A DNA stretch of 64,000 nucleotides from Tubulanus polymorphus (GCF_964204645.1 NC_134034.1:4500914-4564913), one strand, 5' to 3'; shown: positions 36,305-50,928, counted from the first letter of the stretch. Numbers and translations: made by a program. Notes: generated by a model from the sequence alone, not told the origin.

Positions 36305-39300
36305 ATGGAAGCAAATAAGTACTACTGCCCAACATGTAATATCAATATAGATAAATCCCAAAAAGCAAGACACAATAAAACTAAAACACATTTAGAGAAT
36401 AAATTGAAACTAGAATATAAAGATGATATATTAGAAACTAAATTAGATGAATTAAAGAATGAAAAAGAAACATACAAATGTGATACATGTAATCAATCAT
36501 TCAGTGATAAAAGATATTATAAAGAACATTTAAAATCTAAAAGTCATATTAGAAATAAGAATAATGATATTTTAGGTGAAGATTATTTTTATAAAGATAA
36601 TAATAAGAAACAGAAGACAATTAAAAGCATAAAAAATAAATTAAACATGGATGGATGTAAGAAATTATATTAATTCATTGGATAATAAAAAAAGATATAG
36701 AGATAACCGAAGCATTTAAAAGTGATATTGGCCCAGCAGCTATCGAGTTTAAATTTCATAAAGGTAAAACATTAGAAGAAAATAAAAAACATTTAGAAAA
36801 TATGAAAGAAATAATAAAAATAATAACTGATGTTGAATATCCTAAAATTAGTATATCAGTTAAAGTAAAGTTTATAAAATCTGAAGATAAACCAATATAC
36901 GATATAAATTCTCATTCACAACATATTATATATAAACAACACATAGATGATAAATTAGATAAATGTTATAATGAAGTAAAAACTAAAATAGAAGAGAAAT
37001 ATTTTGAAGGATCTGGTTTAATATTTGATGAAATAATATTTATGACTTTACATGTTTATAACACAAAATATAATAAGTTAACTAAATCAAAACCAATCGA
37101 TGAAAATAATGTATCATATTATAAAGAACCAGATATTGAAGCATCGAGCTATATTAAACTACCATTTAAAACTAATGCTGTAATAAATGTACAAAATGAA
37201 GATGATAAATGTTTTCTATGGACAATTATAAGTTGTTTACACCCAGTTGAAGATTATAATAAACATACTTATAGATTAACAAATTATAAACAATTTGAAA
37301 ATAATTATAAGATAGATAAGTATCCTGTTCTAATTAAAAACATCCCAAAAATAGAAAGAGATAATAATATAAAGATAAATGTATTTGATTTAATCAAATT
37401 GCCAAATACAAAAGGTAACAACATAAAACATTATACATTAGAACCTTTATATCTATCAAAAGATTATGATTCAAAAGATGTTATAGATATACTATATTAT
37501 GAGAATCATTATATGTGGATTAAACAAATCGATTTATTTTTTAAATCAGAAAGTGATCACCATAAAATATATCTTTGTAGAAAATGTTTACATAGATTCA
37601 GTAATGAAAGTACATTATTAAATCATAAACAATTATGTGAAAATCATGATTATTGTAAATTAGTTTTACCAAATGAAAAGGATAACATATTAGAATTCAA
37701 AAAATATGATTACAAAAATAAAGTTCCATTTGTTATATGTGGAGATTTTGAATCATTAAATAAAGAATTAACTGATCAAGATAGAAAAGAAATATATTAT
37801 AAAAGAAAGAAATTAAATTCTAATGAAAATGATTTTTCAGATGAACCACCAATAACAAATACTATTAAAAAGATTCATCAATCAGCTGCAGCTTTCGGGT
37901 TATATATAAAATCTGATTATCCAGAACTAATTGAAAGTGAATATTATGATTATAGAAATGAAAATGTTATCAATCATTTTTGTGACTTATTAATTGAATA
38001 TGAAATAAGATTTAGTAAATTATTGAATACAAATATAGAAATTATAATGACAGAAGAAGATAAAGAAGAATTTGCATTTGCAGATAAATGTTATTATTGT
38101 GAAAAGATATTTAATTATAAAGATAAAAAAGTAAGAGACCATGATCATTTGAATGGAAAGTTTAGAGGCGCTGCGCATGAGAATTGTAATTTACAAGCTA
38201 AGAAAATTAATTTTGTACCAGTTATATTTCATAATCTATCAGGATATGATGCACATTTATTCATCAAACAGTTATGCCATAAAATAGAAGAAATTAATAA
38301 TGAAATAGAAAGATTAAATTCAAATAGATCAAAAGATAAAATACCAACTTATAAATTTAGAATGTTAGCTAAAACATCTGAGAATTATATATCATTCCAA
38401 TTTGGGTGTTTAAGATTTATAGATTCTTATAGATTTTTAAATAGTTCATTATATAACTTATCAAAATCATTAGTTGATGAATTAAAATTATTAAAACAAC
38501 ATTACCCAAATAATGATGATTTTCAATTAATGAGATATAAAGGAGCAATTCCATATCCATTTTATAAATCACAATGATTTCAATATAACTGAATTATTGA
38601 AAGAACAATTCTATGATGAATTAAAAAATGAATATGTTAAAGATGAAGTATATAATAGAACATTGAATATTTGGAATCATTTCAAAATAGAAAATCATGG
38701 ACAATTAGTAGATTTATATCTAAAATCAGATGTATTATTATTAACCGATATATTCGAAAGGTTTAGAGATGTAAACCTAAATATTTTAACATTGATCCTT
38801 GTCATTGTTATTCTAGTCCAGGTTTAACATAGGATTGTGGATTAAAATTTACAGATATAAAAATGGATTTGTTAACAAATATAGATCAATTATTATTATT
38901 TGAAAAATCTATAAGAGGAGGAGTTTCAGGTGTATTAGGGGATAGATATTTCAATGTAAATGATAACCCTGGATATAAGTTATTATATATAGATGCAAAT
39001 AATTTGTATGGTTGGGCAATGATGGAACCACTACCTTATGGAGTATTTGAAATAAGTGAAGTTTTACAGAATGAGAATAATGATAAATTTGATTGGAAGA
39101 AAAGAATTCTAGATATTGCAGATGATTCAGATACTGGTTACTTCTTTGTTGTAGATTTAGAATATCCTGATGATGAAAAATTTAAATCTAGAAATCTAGC
39201 TCACTGTCCCGAACATAAAACTCTAACTCATGAAGAATTATCAAATTACCAAAAAAGAATTAAACCTGAAAATCATATCCATACAGAAAAGTTAATGGTA

Positions 39301-40328
39301 ACTCAAGAAGATAAATATAATTATGAAGTAAATTATAGAATGTTAAAGTTTTATCTAAAACAAGGAATGATCCTAAAAAAAGTACATAGATATATTTCAT
39401 TTAGTCAATCTAAGTGGTTAGAAAAATATATAGATTTTAACACCAAACAGAGAACTGAAGCTAAAACTGATTTCGAGAAAGATTTCTTCAAGTTAATGAA
39501 TAATGCATTCTATGGTAAGACTTGTGAAAATATTACAAATAGAAATGATATTGAGTTAGTTAGTAATGGTAAAAGAATTAGACATTTGCAAACATATCCT
39601 AAGTTCATTGGTAACAGAATATTTGATGAAAATTTAGCTGCAGTTAAAATGAGAAGAACATCAATGAAATTTAATAAACCAATCTATGTTGGCGCTTCAG
39701 TTTTAGAATTATCAAAATTACTAATGTATGAATTCTATTATAATGTATTACAACCACTTTTTGGAGAAAAACATATAGAAATATTATATTTTGATACCGA
39801 TTCTTACATATTTAAGATAAAAACTGATAACATAACAGATGATTTAAAAACATTAAAACATCATTTTGATTTCAGTAACTATCCTAAAAATCATTGTTTA
39901 GCAATGATAATAAAAAAGTTCCCGGTAAATTCAATGATGAATTGGGTGGTGCAGAAATGATAGAGTTCATAGGTATTAGATCTAAAATGTATTCATATAA
40001 AACTAAAGAACGTGAAGCTAAAAAGTTAAAAGGAATGACCAAAAGTGTAGTAGAAAAGAATATTCATTTCAAAGATTACATCAATTGTATATTCAATGAA
40101 GAAGTTAGAAAACATAAGATGAGATGTTTAAGATCTGAAGATCATGAAATGTTTATTGAAGAAAAGATTATTGAAAAGATTAGTCTAAACCCATTTGATG
40201 ATAAAAGATATATTTTAGATGATGGAATTCATACAGTTGCTTATGGTTGCAATTTAGATGAATACTTAAAATTTAAAAGAGAAGAAACAAAAGAGAACGA
40301 GATAATGAAAAGAATTCTAACGTGTTAA
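36305..40328 (+). pseudogene. Protein-primed family B DNA polymerase (group-2 type): N-terminal zinc fingers, OTU-like protease region, inserted endonuclease-VII/HNH domain; several frameshifts
   Basis: Motifs DDKCFLW...ENHY, GDFES, VRDHDHLNGKFRGAAHENCN, FHNLSGYDAH, YIDANNLYGWAM, KLMNNAFYGKT, YFDTDS and DDKRY. Confidence 0.95.
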
Positions 40329-40357
40329 TCAAATTTTAATAAAAATATGTATTATAA

Positions 40358-40711
40358 ATGGAGAGTAAACAAACACACAGTGAGAACAACAAATCATTTC
40401 TAGATAGAATAAAAGATACTACAAATGTAAAATCTGTAGATTATAAATTCAAAAAGTGAACAGAATTAACAATTCATAAGAAATATCTAATTACAAATAT
40501 CGATACAGTTACTAATAACTATGGAGATAAATTAGTTATACACTTAGAATATGAAGGATTAAAAGGAAATACATATAAATTCAGAACATATTTACCAGAT
40601 AGATTTCATAGATTATCAAGTGAAGATTTAGAAGAATTATGTTCTGGAGATTTCTATTTCGTATACAAAGGTAAGAATGAAAAAGGTCACCATGAAATAG
40701 ATTTCGAATAA
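40358..40711 (+). pseudogene. Small Polinton protein with one internal stop; possibly OB-fold/ssDNA-binding
   Basis: Not in the ORF track. Manual translation MESKQ...KK*TEL...YLITNIDTVTNNYGDKLVIHL...TYLPDRF...FVYKG. Function is a guess. Confidence 0.55.
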
Positions 40712-40725
40712 AATATGTAAAATAA

Positions 40726-41483
40726 ATGGTGGAATTAAAAGAATACAGAATATTTGTTGATTCAAGAAAACTTACAAATTATAAATCTCATAATTTACTA
40801 GTACAATTAGATAGAGAATTCAAGAATTGTGTAGATTTAAAATTAGTTAATATAAGTTTATGTAATTCTTTTTACAATATATCGAATAAAACTATTGAAG
40901 ATAATACTTAATTCATATTAGAAATGTAAATAAATGGTTTAATCTAATTTTAAAACCAGGATTATATAATTTAGAAACATTAGCTCAAGAAATTAATAGA
41001 AGAGCACGGTTGAAAATTAGAAGAGAAGATAAATTTTTAATTAGATTTATAAAAAGTTATAAAAAGTACAAATAAATTAAAATAAAGTTACATGATGAAA
41101 GTCAACATGCATTTATGGTAAAAAAACCTAAAGCTAAACTGTTAGGAATTGTACCAGATACTGTTACAGGAAACGTAGATGGTAATTCAAATATAATACC
41201 TTACACACACTTTTATATTTATTGCAATTTAATCGAGCCTACAAAAACATTCGAAGCAACTAAAGATGCAATTTGTAATTCTAGTATATTAAATATTTTA
41301 CCATCAAAAAATGTTAAACAATTTGGAACTCAAATAAATTATAATTTAACAGAATGTGATTTCAAACCTTGTATTCCACATTTCAATAATTTTAAATTAG
41401 AAATAAGAAATCATAATGCTTATTTAATTGATTTGAATAACTTTCCAGTGATATATGAATTAGTTATGAGATGTAAAGAGTAA
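40726..41483 (+). pseudogene. Minor capsid (penton) protein, frameshifted
   Basis: IFVDSR...LVNISLCNSFYNIS, LKPGLYN, FYIYCNLI...ILNILP and FKLEIRNHN..LIDLNNFPVIYEL match the single jelly-roll penton pattern. Confidence 0.75.
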
Positions 41484-41499
41484 TTTTTTCACTATATAA

Positions 41500-41856
41500 A
41501 TGAATATAACTGTTGGGCCGAGTATATGTTTTGGGTTTGATTTTAAACATGAGATAGAAATGAAATTTAACATTAATGATGTAATTACACATATCAAAAA
41601 TATTGCATTTTCTAATGAAACAACATTTGAGTATGAAACAACAATAGATAAAGAAACTTTAAATGTAGAAAAGATTACTAATTTAATTAGAGAATCTTTA
41701 AGATTTTATGAATTAGATGAAGATTTTATCATCGATGATATTAAAAAAATAATCATTGAAATATATACAAATGAAACTAGTAATGAAATAAATGTTGAAT
41801 TAATCGTAAATAAGTTAACTAAATATTTTGATGATAGTAATTTTTTTGATAAATAA
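41500..41856 (+). CDS. Polinton hypothetical acidic protein, 118 aa
   Basis: Intact ORF preceded by the conserved T-run/TAAATG motif. Confidence 0.6.
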   Translation: MNITVGPSICFGFDFKHEIEMKFNINDVITHIKNIAFSNETTFEYETTIDKETLNVEKITNLIRESLRFYELDEDFIIDDIKKIIIEIYTNETSNEINVELIVNKLTKYFDDSNFFDK

Positions 41857-42086
41857 ATGAGTGATAATAAGTGGATAATAACTGGATAATATAATGGCGC
41901 ATTACTATCAGTTGGAAGTTTTGGTTATTCAATGGTATTAAAAAAAGTATTTAAAATGGGAAGTGTTAATGTTGATAGATTTGATATAAATGATATTTTA
42001 AAATTAACGTTAGCAGTTACTTTATCTAATTAAACTATTGATTACTTAGAAAAACAAAAATATATTCCTCCTATATAAATGCGTAA
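41857..42086 (+). pseudogene. Small Polinton membrane protein with internal stops
   Basis: TAAATG start. Reads MSDNKWIITG*YNGALLSVGSFGYSMVLKKVF...ILKLTLAVTLSN*TIDYLEKQKYIP. Confidence 0.55.
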
Positions 42087-43068
42087 TTATTTTACTAAAT
42101 AAATGGCTTCTGCAGTTATAACTATTATAGGATCGGCAATTGTTAACGCTTTAGCATTTACTGGTGGTGGTTATTTATTTAAGCATATTGATAAAAATGG
42201 ATCATAAACAGAACAAAAAAGACATAACTTAGCATTAGAGAAATACAATAAAGCAGCGGAAGAATATAGAGAAAAAAGACAAAACTATATGGATTATATT
42301 AACAAGGAATTATATGATCAGAAGATTTCACATAGAGATTTTCAATCAGTTGATGATGCAATGAGTTTATATAACGCAGTAACCAATAAAGAAAAATTAC
42401 ATCTATAAAAACCTAAATTATCAGATTATTATACCCCAAGTAAAGAACAACAGAAATATGAAAATATAGCTGCAAAGCAGCGATGACGGGTTTTCTGTAA
42501 AGCCATTCAGAATGATGGGAATTATAGTAAATTGAAATATCGATACATAGAATAAAATGCATTGACAGATTCGAACCTAATATGCAACCACTGTGTAAAC
42601 GTCAAATATGATTCAGCTTTGAAACCGAACATACGTGGACGTACAATCACAAATATTAATATATTTGACCAGGCACTTATTTTGGCATTCAAACATCATG
42701 ATACTGTATTATCACCATCCTTAAAAATGGATCTGTCCTATTAAGAACTCATCTTAAGCACCTGCTGATAGATTGAGTGAATTCACAGATAAGAACGTAT
42801 TATGATTTAGAATAGATTAGATTTAAGAAGTTAATGTTTTTATTGAAATATTTGAATAAATACATATATTGTAGTGTAGATTCAATCAATAAATTATGAA
42901 TTGATTTGGTCTGGGTTTCCGGCTGATGTTGATTTTGGCTTTTATGGATTACAAAATCTACAGTGATAAACAATTGATACCTGCAACATGTGTGTAAATC
43001 AAACCTATTCCACTAGTTGCGTGTGTTTCCTAATAAACGGGAGAGTCACTCTTGATCTGAGTTATTAG

Positions 43069-45620
43069 AACTGGGGGTCCAGGGACACCATGCCCACTTG
43101 GGAAGTGGTTCCAAATGCTCAACAATCTAACAATTCAGGTATCAAAGGTATAACACATCCCTTTTCAAAGAATACCCATCACAAATTGCAATGAGAAATG
43201 GCAAACTCAGAATTCGGGCCAAAATTGACATTTTTGGGCACTAAAAAAGGTCATAGGACGGCCATCTTGAGTCCGTATCCCAATTTTATGCTGCAAAGTT
43301 ATGCTGATGGGCCCAGGGGCATTCACATATATCCGAAAGATCAAGGTAATTGATCAAAGCATCTTCAAAATTTCCCTCAAAAAGTTCAAAAATATGGAAG
43401 ACCTCAGACGACATACGAGATATGAGATATAACATACGAGATATGAGATGCAACATACGAGATACGACATATGACATACGAGATACGACTTATTTACAGT
43501 ACGGGTGTCCGTCCGCTAGCGCCACCGCAGTGTATATTTTTCAACATCTACTCGGCGTATACTACGACACGTGCGCAGGCAGTGGCGTATACATTAACTA
43601 TGAATATCAATACGCGAAAAACGTTTCATTTGAAACTAAAAATATTTAAAGATATTCGATCAACCACTCCCGGGGACCGGCTTCTCGCTGTGACGTCAGT
43701 GGGCCACTCTTAGTGTGAGACACCGATGGTCCGGTGATTCGAGTTGGCTCACGGGGCTACAGCCCCTAAATCCACCAAAAACGCGTCAAATTCCATTTTT
43801 GAGTGTACAAAAATCCCTCAAAAAGAGTTAGCCACGGCCCTTCAAATTGGTGGTCATTAAGAATTGCGCCTAGTCAAGGGTTTAAACTCCGCGTTCGATC
43901 GAGGGTTTTCGATGAAGAATGAAAGATGTATGTATATTACGAATGCCGATGACCAAAGAGTCTTAAAAAAAGTCCGACACACGCGGAATCTGTTTAGAGT
44001 ACTATGATTTCAACGAATGAATTGAAACATGGACATGAATTAAAAATACTAAAGATATCATAAATTTATTGAATGAATTATTCATTAAATCATTATCAGA
44101 ATGGAGTTCCATTGTATCACTCTCAGCTCCTGGCCCTAGTCCAGCTGATTCGTTTATCACGACCATTTTTGCGACGGGTGCAAACGCACCATACGAGCAA
44201 CGTTCCGGTGTTCCGCTAATTCCCTGTCTAAAGAAATGTTACTTGATATTTCCATGGATCTCTTATCTTTACAAATGTAAGAGCTGTTGTGTTTTGCTGA
44301 AGACTTATTTATGTGGTTCCTGTACTTTTGTCAATAAACAGTTTTAAAACTGGCCATGACAATTGATAAGAATGATCTTAAATTGGATTCTCCGATTATG
44401 AAAGTTATTCAGATTCAGCCATTGGCCCTTTTCATGAAAGATGTCAGAAAAGAAAGATAGCCAAAAAGCACTCAGAATACACAAGTACCTAAATTGAACA
44501 AATTTTCAGGGGAGGACCCCAGACTATGGCTTCAGAAAGACAGTACCGCATACTGCCCTGGCGGTTAGCGAAAACTGGCCAGTCTCGACTCTCAATGGCT
44601 GGTCTAGTGGACTCACCAGTCTGCCCCAGTAGCTCGATAGGGATGGAATTTAGCTGGGGATTTCAAACCTTGAGAGAGAGCACGGGAGTTCTTAATCTGG
44701 ATACCAGGGCGATGTACGGGTTCCCAGGTTGTTTGGGATTCAAGAACTCAGGCAGGGGTGTCAAACAGCGGAGGAGGGGTACAAGGGGGCCGGGATTTCC
44801 GGCTGCGGAATTTTTTTAGAATTTTGATTTCTGATGCAGAAAAGCAGGCGGTTACGGCGGGCGGTGAACAGTAGTTATTTTTTCTGCAGGCATTGAGTAA
44901 CCGGAACCCCGGCTCCTGAACACCAGGCCGTTTTAAGACCAAAGGAAGACAAGAAATAGCATAATATTATGAACTTGAACAGTTTGATATCTTTTTAGTT
45001 TTGTGATTTGAAAAACTTTTCGTCGCCCGCGGGAGAAGAACGGCCGGCGGCGCGCCTAGTCCAGGGTGTTCACAGTATGGCCTAATATCGTTGTGTCCGG
45101 TCCAGGTGTCCATTATCCAAAAGAAATCTATTTCTGGTTTGAATAAAATGTTGACTATGTTGGTTTTCATATAATTGACGATGACTGTACGCGTCACCAT
45201 GTTAAACGATTTATATGCAGTAAATATTGAAAAAACATACACTGCGGTGGCGCCAGCGGACGGACACCCGTACTGTAAATAAGTCGTATCTCGTATGTCA
45301 TTATGTCGTATCTCGTATGTTGCATCTCATATCTCGTATGTTATATCTCATATCTTGTATGTCGTCTGAGGTCTTCCATACAAAAATGTGTAAAAAGTGT
45401 TGATTTTGGCGAACAACAATGGCTGCCAGTCGGCCATCTTGATTCTGACAGGGCCAGTTTTTGAGCTGAAGATGTGTCTAGGGTAGATACACGTGAAACC
45501 CAAATATCAAGACATTACATTGAAGCGTCTTCAAAACTTCCTGAAATAACTGATTTCCGTCTACGGACGGACGACGGACGAAAAGTGAACGCAATAGCTA
45601 AAGTCCCAAGTGGGCTAAAA
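43069..45620 (-). mobile_element. Second, nested pearl-like HINE
   Basis: SubTIRs GCCCACTTGGGA (43092-43103) / TCCCAAGTGGGC (45604-45615). (ACGG)n microsatellite at ~45563-45580. Terminal hairpin at 43073-43089. GGCCATCTTG core repeats. Confidence 0.75.
43393..45380. mobile_element. Non-autonomous IS3EU-like TIR transposon
   Basis: ~150-bp TIRs starting TATGGAAGACCTCAGACG with internal ACATACGAGATA repeats. 6-bp TSD CAAAAA (43387-43392, 45381-45386). TAY..RTA termini with a 6-bp TSD fit IS3EU. Confidence 0.78.
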
Positions 45621-46893
45621 ATAATGTTCATTTAGTCATAGAAATTCATTGCCTTTTTGGAGTTTCTGTAATAATATTTGTTCTGCCCCAATTTTTATTA
45701 CTGTATGAACCAATGATATGCTTTGTAAATATGATGTAATAAAATAAATTTGAATTAAATTTGAACATGAGAATCAAGCATAACTTGTGTTTTTTCAACT
45801 TGTCTTACTTGTCTTTTGTTAACAGTTCCAGAGTTTCAATTACAATCAAATCCAAATTGGCTAAAAAGTGCATAGGACTAATTGAAATGAACGGTTAGTT
45901 ACTGCAAACCTATTCCAGTGTTATGTCGATCGTGTTGAATCACTTTCCTTGAGTTGAAAGAATCAGATCTTCTATGGTACAACATCAGTCATCTTGGTGT
46001 TGACTGTCCTTGACCATCTAACTTTATGCGTTTGACATTGGAATTTAGCATCATACCCATTTGAACTGCAAAATATTCATACAACATGAAACCCAACAGT
46101 ACATGTATACAGTATTAATCAAACTTTCACCGATGTTGGATATTTGAATGAACATTAGGTTTATTTCAGTACTCTAAAGCAGGAAATAATAAGCCCAATC
46201 AATAGGCCCTATTCCCATTGGATCAATTATATAATGCGTACAGCTGTACCGTACACTTATCAGTCAAGAATGGAGAAGTCGGTATACCAAACCTACGAAC
46301 AGCAAAATGTACAGGCCTACAATGATTTCTGGTAATACAAGCCGTGACCACATGAACGTTTTGGTTTGACTATTAATGTCAGCAGGTCAGAGAAGGCCTG
46401 GCCAAACTTAATCACAAGGCTCAAATCAATTAGCCTTTCTGCGTGTGAATATTTCACTGTATTGTTTTAAAAATAGGCCTATCGAGTGAATTAGTACATA
46501 GACTGAATTAGACTTTAGGCTAGTCCTGACCAAATCCTATCCATATTATAATGGCACCAGTTATAGTAACATCACTGTAGCGCCGACGAGAGGGAAAAAG
46601 TTGTGTTTGTAGTACATAGGCATGGTAGGCTTGTCGTACTCACTTAATACTTAAAACGCTGTTGTTACCTGTACGTGACTGTACGGTGATTTCTACAGGT
46701 TAGCCATATGTGAGTACGTTGACGCTCAGACTTGCAATATTGGGATTCGAAACCAAACGAAAAAAAATCCAGTAGTAGTCCAGTGATTTACCCACTGTAA
46801 CGTAACTGGTGGGTGGATGAAATTTGATTTACAAATAGCCTAGCCTCACCTAACCCAAACTCTATTCTTTTACGCATGCGCGTTTGCAGATTA

Positions 46894-47232
46894 TAGGAAC
46901 TCACGTACAGCGTTTTTAGGGAACTCACGTACGGTTAACCTGTGGATATCACCGTACAGTCACGTACGCGTTACAATTTCGTACTTAAAATGGTATTGGC
47001 TACTAGGAACTCACGTACGGCGTAAGTAGGGAACTCACGTATGGTTAACCTGTGGATATCACCGTACAGTCACGTACGCGTTACAGTTTCGTACATAAAA
47101 TGGTATTGGCTACTAGGAACTCACGTATGGCATTATAGACTTAGTAGGGACCTCCGGTACGCGGTTAACCTGTGGAGATCACCGTACAGTCACGTGCGGT
47201 TAACAACTACGTACTTAAAATGGCATTGGCTT
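46894..47232 (+). repeat. 3 x 110-bp tandem repeat, with an inverted partial copy at ~46670-46718
   Basis: TAGGAACTCACGTA... starts at 46894, 47004 and 47114. Confidence 0.88.
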
Positions 47233-48135
47233 CTATATAATAGGCCTATAGACAAATAAATACCGGTAGGCTTTCTTATAATCTTAGCTTCCACAATTCA
47301 CAACCGAACCAACTGACCAACCAGTATATTTAGTCCCAGTACGCACCAACCGGCACAGGCCTAACACTGTTTGTCAACTGTGTGTACCGTTGTAGGCTAT
47401 CGATAATCACCTGATACTTTTCTGTCGTTTGTTTTCTCTCTGAGACGAACACGACCGTAATTCTAGTAGCCTTCCGCGACTCAACGACCTTGATTCAAAC
47501 TTGATCAATTCAAAGTCTGTTTATTGACGCTTTTGGTTACATGAACTGATCAGCAATATACTTAAATAAAACAACCGGAATAACAAGAAATCAAAAACAT
47601 TAACGAGGTAACAAACAAATGTCCGTAAACCTGTCAGACACGCGAACGCCGGACTCGTAAACTCTTGGACTCGGACCCGCTGAGCAATAAATTCATAAAA
47701 TTGACTTTGAAATTGATTGTGGAGAAGAGAGGGAATTATTCGATAGCTCTTCCTCGAAAAGAAGAGAGAAATATCGGTATGAAAACACAACATGGCTACT
47801 AATTGAATGGAGCCAAATTTCCGATGTTTACGGCTCGACAGTGCCTTTATAACGTAGATTTATCAAAATTCCCATGCAGTATCTGGAGATTGAAGTGAGC
47901 TGAAGGATATCATACGGATTGTATCGGCGACAGCGGTAAGGTAAGGAAGCCTTTACACTTTTAACAAAAACTATGTGAAAAAGGGAAAAAAAAAAAAAAT
48001 AATAATCACGCGAATTTCAATAGGGTTTTCTGTGAAGAAACAGAAAACCCTAATAATATGGATTTTAGGTGGAACTGTTATTGTTATATTTGTAGAGTAT
48101 AGGTTTACTAATTAGTAATTTTTTTTGCTAAATAA

Positions 48136-48555
48136 ATGGATGATAATATTGATATTATTCCTCATGATATAAATAAAACTAAATTAAAAACATATTTAGA
48201 AAAACAAATATTAGAATTTGAAAGTGACATAAAGATTAAAAAGAAAAAATATTTAAAAAGTAAAATTATATATTATTTGATTATAAGTGGTTCGGTTACA
48301 ATTAGTTCTGTAATAACATTTCTAGCAATATTCAGTCCATTAACACCTTTAGCTATATCAATTGGTGTATTAGGATTAAGTTCAAGTGTATTAACTGGTA
48401 TAAGTTCAAAATTAAATATAAAAAGTAATAAACAAAAAAATTAAAACTAATATAAAAGAAATTAATAAATTAAAGAATACACTAGATTATATAATAAGTT
48501 TAAATGGTCATATAACAGTTAAAGAACAAGATAAATTATTAAAAGAATTAATAAA
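48136..48555 (+). pseudogene. Polinton two-TM membrane protein, frameshifted
   Basis: Hydrophobic IIYYLIISGSVTISSVITFLAIF and LAISIGVLGLSSSVLTGIS flanked by coiled coils. Confidence 0.6.
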
Positions 48556-48578
48556 TTATTAATTTTTTTATTATATAA

Positions 48579-49901
48579 ATGGTAGATAGTTTTCCAAAAG
48601 CTTTCCAATATAATAAATCAATTAAATATAATATTCCAGCAATAGATTTTAATAAAGATATTTCATATAGAAATGAAGTTTTAAATTCATTAATTGATTT
48701 ATATATTTATGTTACTGAAAGTAATAATTTTCATGTAAAGATGGAAAATATATTTCATGTGAATACAATTAATTTCAAAAATTTAAATGAGGCAAAACAA
48801 TGGTTATTAAAATCTAATATGAAGTATTGGCAGAACCAATTAAATTTTGCTGTTTATTGCGCAACAACAGGATGTGGAATTAGTTGGAATGATCATTTAA
48901 ATAAACCAAGTTTACCACTGATGTTATCACTTTTTAGATTTCATACTTATTTTCAAATAAAATTAATATTAGATGAATTAGAATGTCCTTTACCAGGTTC
49001 TTTACCAGACTTATTTTAAAGAATTGAATAATAATATTAATTTTTCTAAGTTTTATAAAATATGTAATGAATTAAATATTAATTCAAATAAAGATTTTAG
49101 ATCAAAAATTGGAACAATGGGTGGATTAGGAATATTGTATACTAAACAATTTGGAAAAATAATAACAAATTCAGATATAAGAACACTAAACTGGAATGAA
49201 TTACCAAAATATTATAATAATATACAACAACGAAACAATAATGGTTGGGTTAATTTCATTTTAGAAAATAGTGAAGGTTTTACTAAAGCTGGAATACAAA
49301 TAATAAATCAATCTATTAGAACTTATTTGATATGGATTTTAGGTGCACAAGTTGAAACAAGATCCCCAATAATTGGAAATGATAACACTTCATTCGATGC
49401 GCAGAAACAATTCAAAGTATTATTTTTTATTTCAATTCATAATGATAAAAATAGATCGATTCCAGAAAACATTGTAAGATATCAAAATTATTTAGATAAA
49501 TCACATATTAGATTAAATTATTGTATAGGCCCTAATCTATTAATTATTTCTAATGATTTAGTATTAAAGATGGGAAATATAATTGGTTATAATAATCTAA
49601 TTAAAACTGCAACAATAAATAATTCATTTGGATTGAATGATATAGATAAAAAGATTAAAAAATAATGGAAGGTGAAAAAAATAAAAAACACATTCAATCA
49701 ACTGAAACTAAAACTAATAATATTAAATTAAATAATGATTCTAAAATGAAAGATTACAATACATCAGAAAATATAAAAACTGATAATATTCAACATGAAA
49801 TAATTAAACTAAATGATGATAATAAATCCCATGAAAATACTAAATTAGCTTTAACTTGTATAGGAATTGTAATCGGAGGAATATTATATTTTAAATTTTA
49901 A
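48579..49901 (+). pseudogene. Conserved Polinton protein of unknown function with C-terminal TM anchor, in three pieces
   Basis: WQNQLNFAVYCATTGCGIS...DHL, GFTKAGI...INQSIRTY...ILGAQ and C-terminal LALTCIGIVIGGILYF. Confidence 0.65.
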
Positions 49902-49917
49902 TTTTTTTATTATGTAA

Positions 49918-50907
49918 ATGGCAGAAGGTGGAGAAGATATTCCATTGGATCCTTTAGATGAACCCGGTATAAGTGATGAACAACAACCTGATTTTGATGA
50001 AACAAGTTTTAGTAATGATAATAAATCAGAATATAATACTAATTTAGGTGAAGATGATGATTATTACCATTTAAAAATCCATTTAAAAATCCAAATCCTA
50101 CTGACGTTGATCCAGAAACATCGAGAAGAGATATTCAACAAATTGATAATGATTCAAGTCAATTACAATTAACATTTGAAAAAAAAATTGATAGATTAAG
50201 AGATTCAGAAGAAGAGATGAATAGTACTGGAATAAATCGAATACTATCTTTACTAGAAAAAGGATTACTTGATTTAACTGATGAAGAATTAAAAGAATTT
50301 CCCGAACCAGCATGTAGAGAAATTAAAGGTATTTAAGAATCATCTGATGATATTGCTAATATTAAGATGAGATTTTATAAAGAACCATCTTAGAAAAAGA
50401 ATTAGCTAATGCAGATAAAGAATTAAAACAATTAGAATTAAATAGAGATCATCAAGTAGTTTATGAAGCTGATTTTGAAAGCAGAAATTTAGCTTTAGTA
50501 AAAAAAATAGATGATTTAGAATATAACATAGAATTACAAAAAAAGAAGAAAGAGATACATTATTAAAATCATATGATCTTAATCATATTAAAAAATTAAA
50601 AGTTATTTTTAAAGATTTGTTGATAAAACCAAATTTTAAAATATCATTAAAAGATAGAATAAAATTATTATTTAAACTAGAAGGTATATAATTCTTTCAA
50701 TTCTAACAGCTGTAACTATGGTATTTACAACAATAGGTTTAGCAATATCAAATGCTTTGAAATCTACTCCTACTCCCAATAAACCAGATAAACCCCCGAA
50801 TGATAATAATTCTATACAAGATAAAGTTAAGGACATATTATTTTATTTTTAATTACAGTTGTAAGTGCTATTATTTTTGGGCTAGTAAACATGATAAAAA
50901 ATGAATA
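49918..50907 (+). pseudogene. Polinton acidic/coiled-coil protein with C-terminal hydrophobic segment, fragmented
   Basis: TAAATG start MAEGGEDIPL. Later frames read SLKDRIKLLFKLEG and ILSILTAVTMVFTTIGLAISNAL. Confidence 0.55.
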
Positions 50908-50928
50908 ATTAATTTTTTTGTTAAATAA

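Larger units (their letters stand above)
42464..48053 (-). mobile_element. Non-autonomous Helentron/Helitron2-type element (HINE)
   Basis: Minus-strand 5' end TTAGGGTTTTCTG-tttcttca-CAGAAAACCCT. 3' subTIR CAGAAAACCC followed by hairpin GCTGC-ttt-GCAGC. Inserted in an A/T run with no TSD. Confidence 0.8.
42103..48115 (+). pseudogene. Polinton membrane/coiled-coil protein interrupted by the 42464-48053 insertion
   Basis: MASAVITIIGSAIVNALAFTGGGYLF...KRHNLALEK...PKLSDYYTPSKEQQKYE resumes in frame as IIWILGGTVIVIFVEYRFTN* after 48053. Confidence 0.7.
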
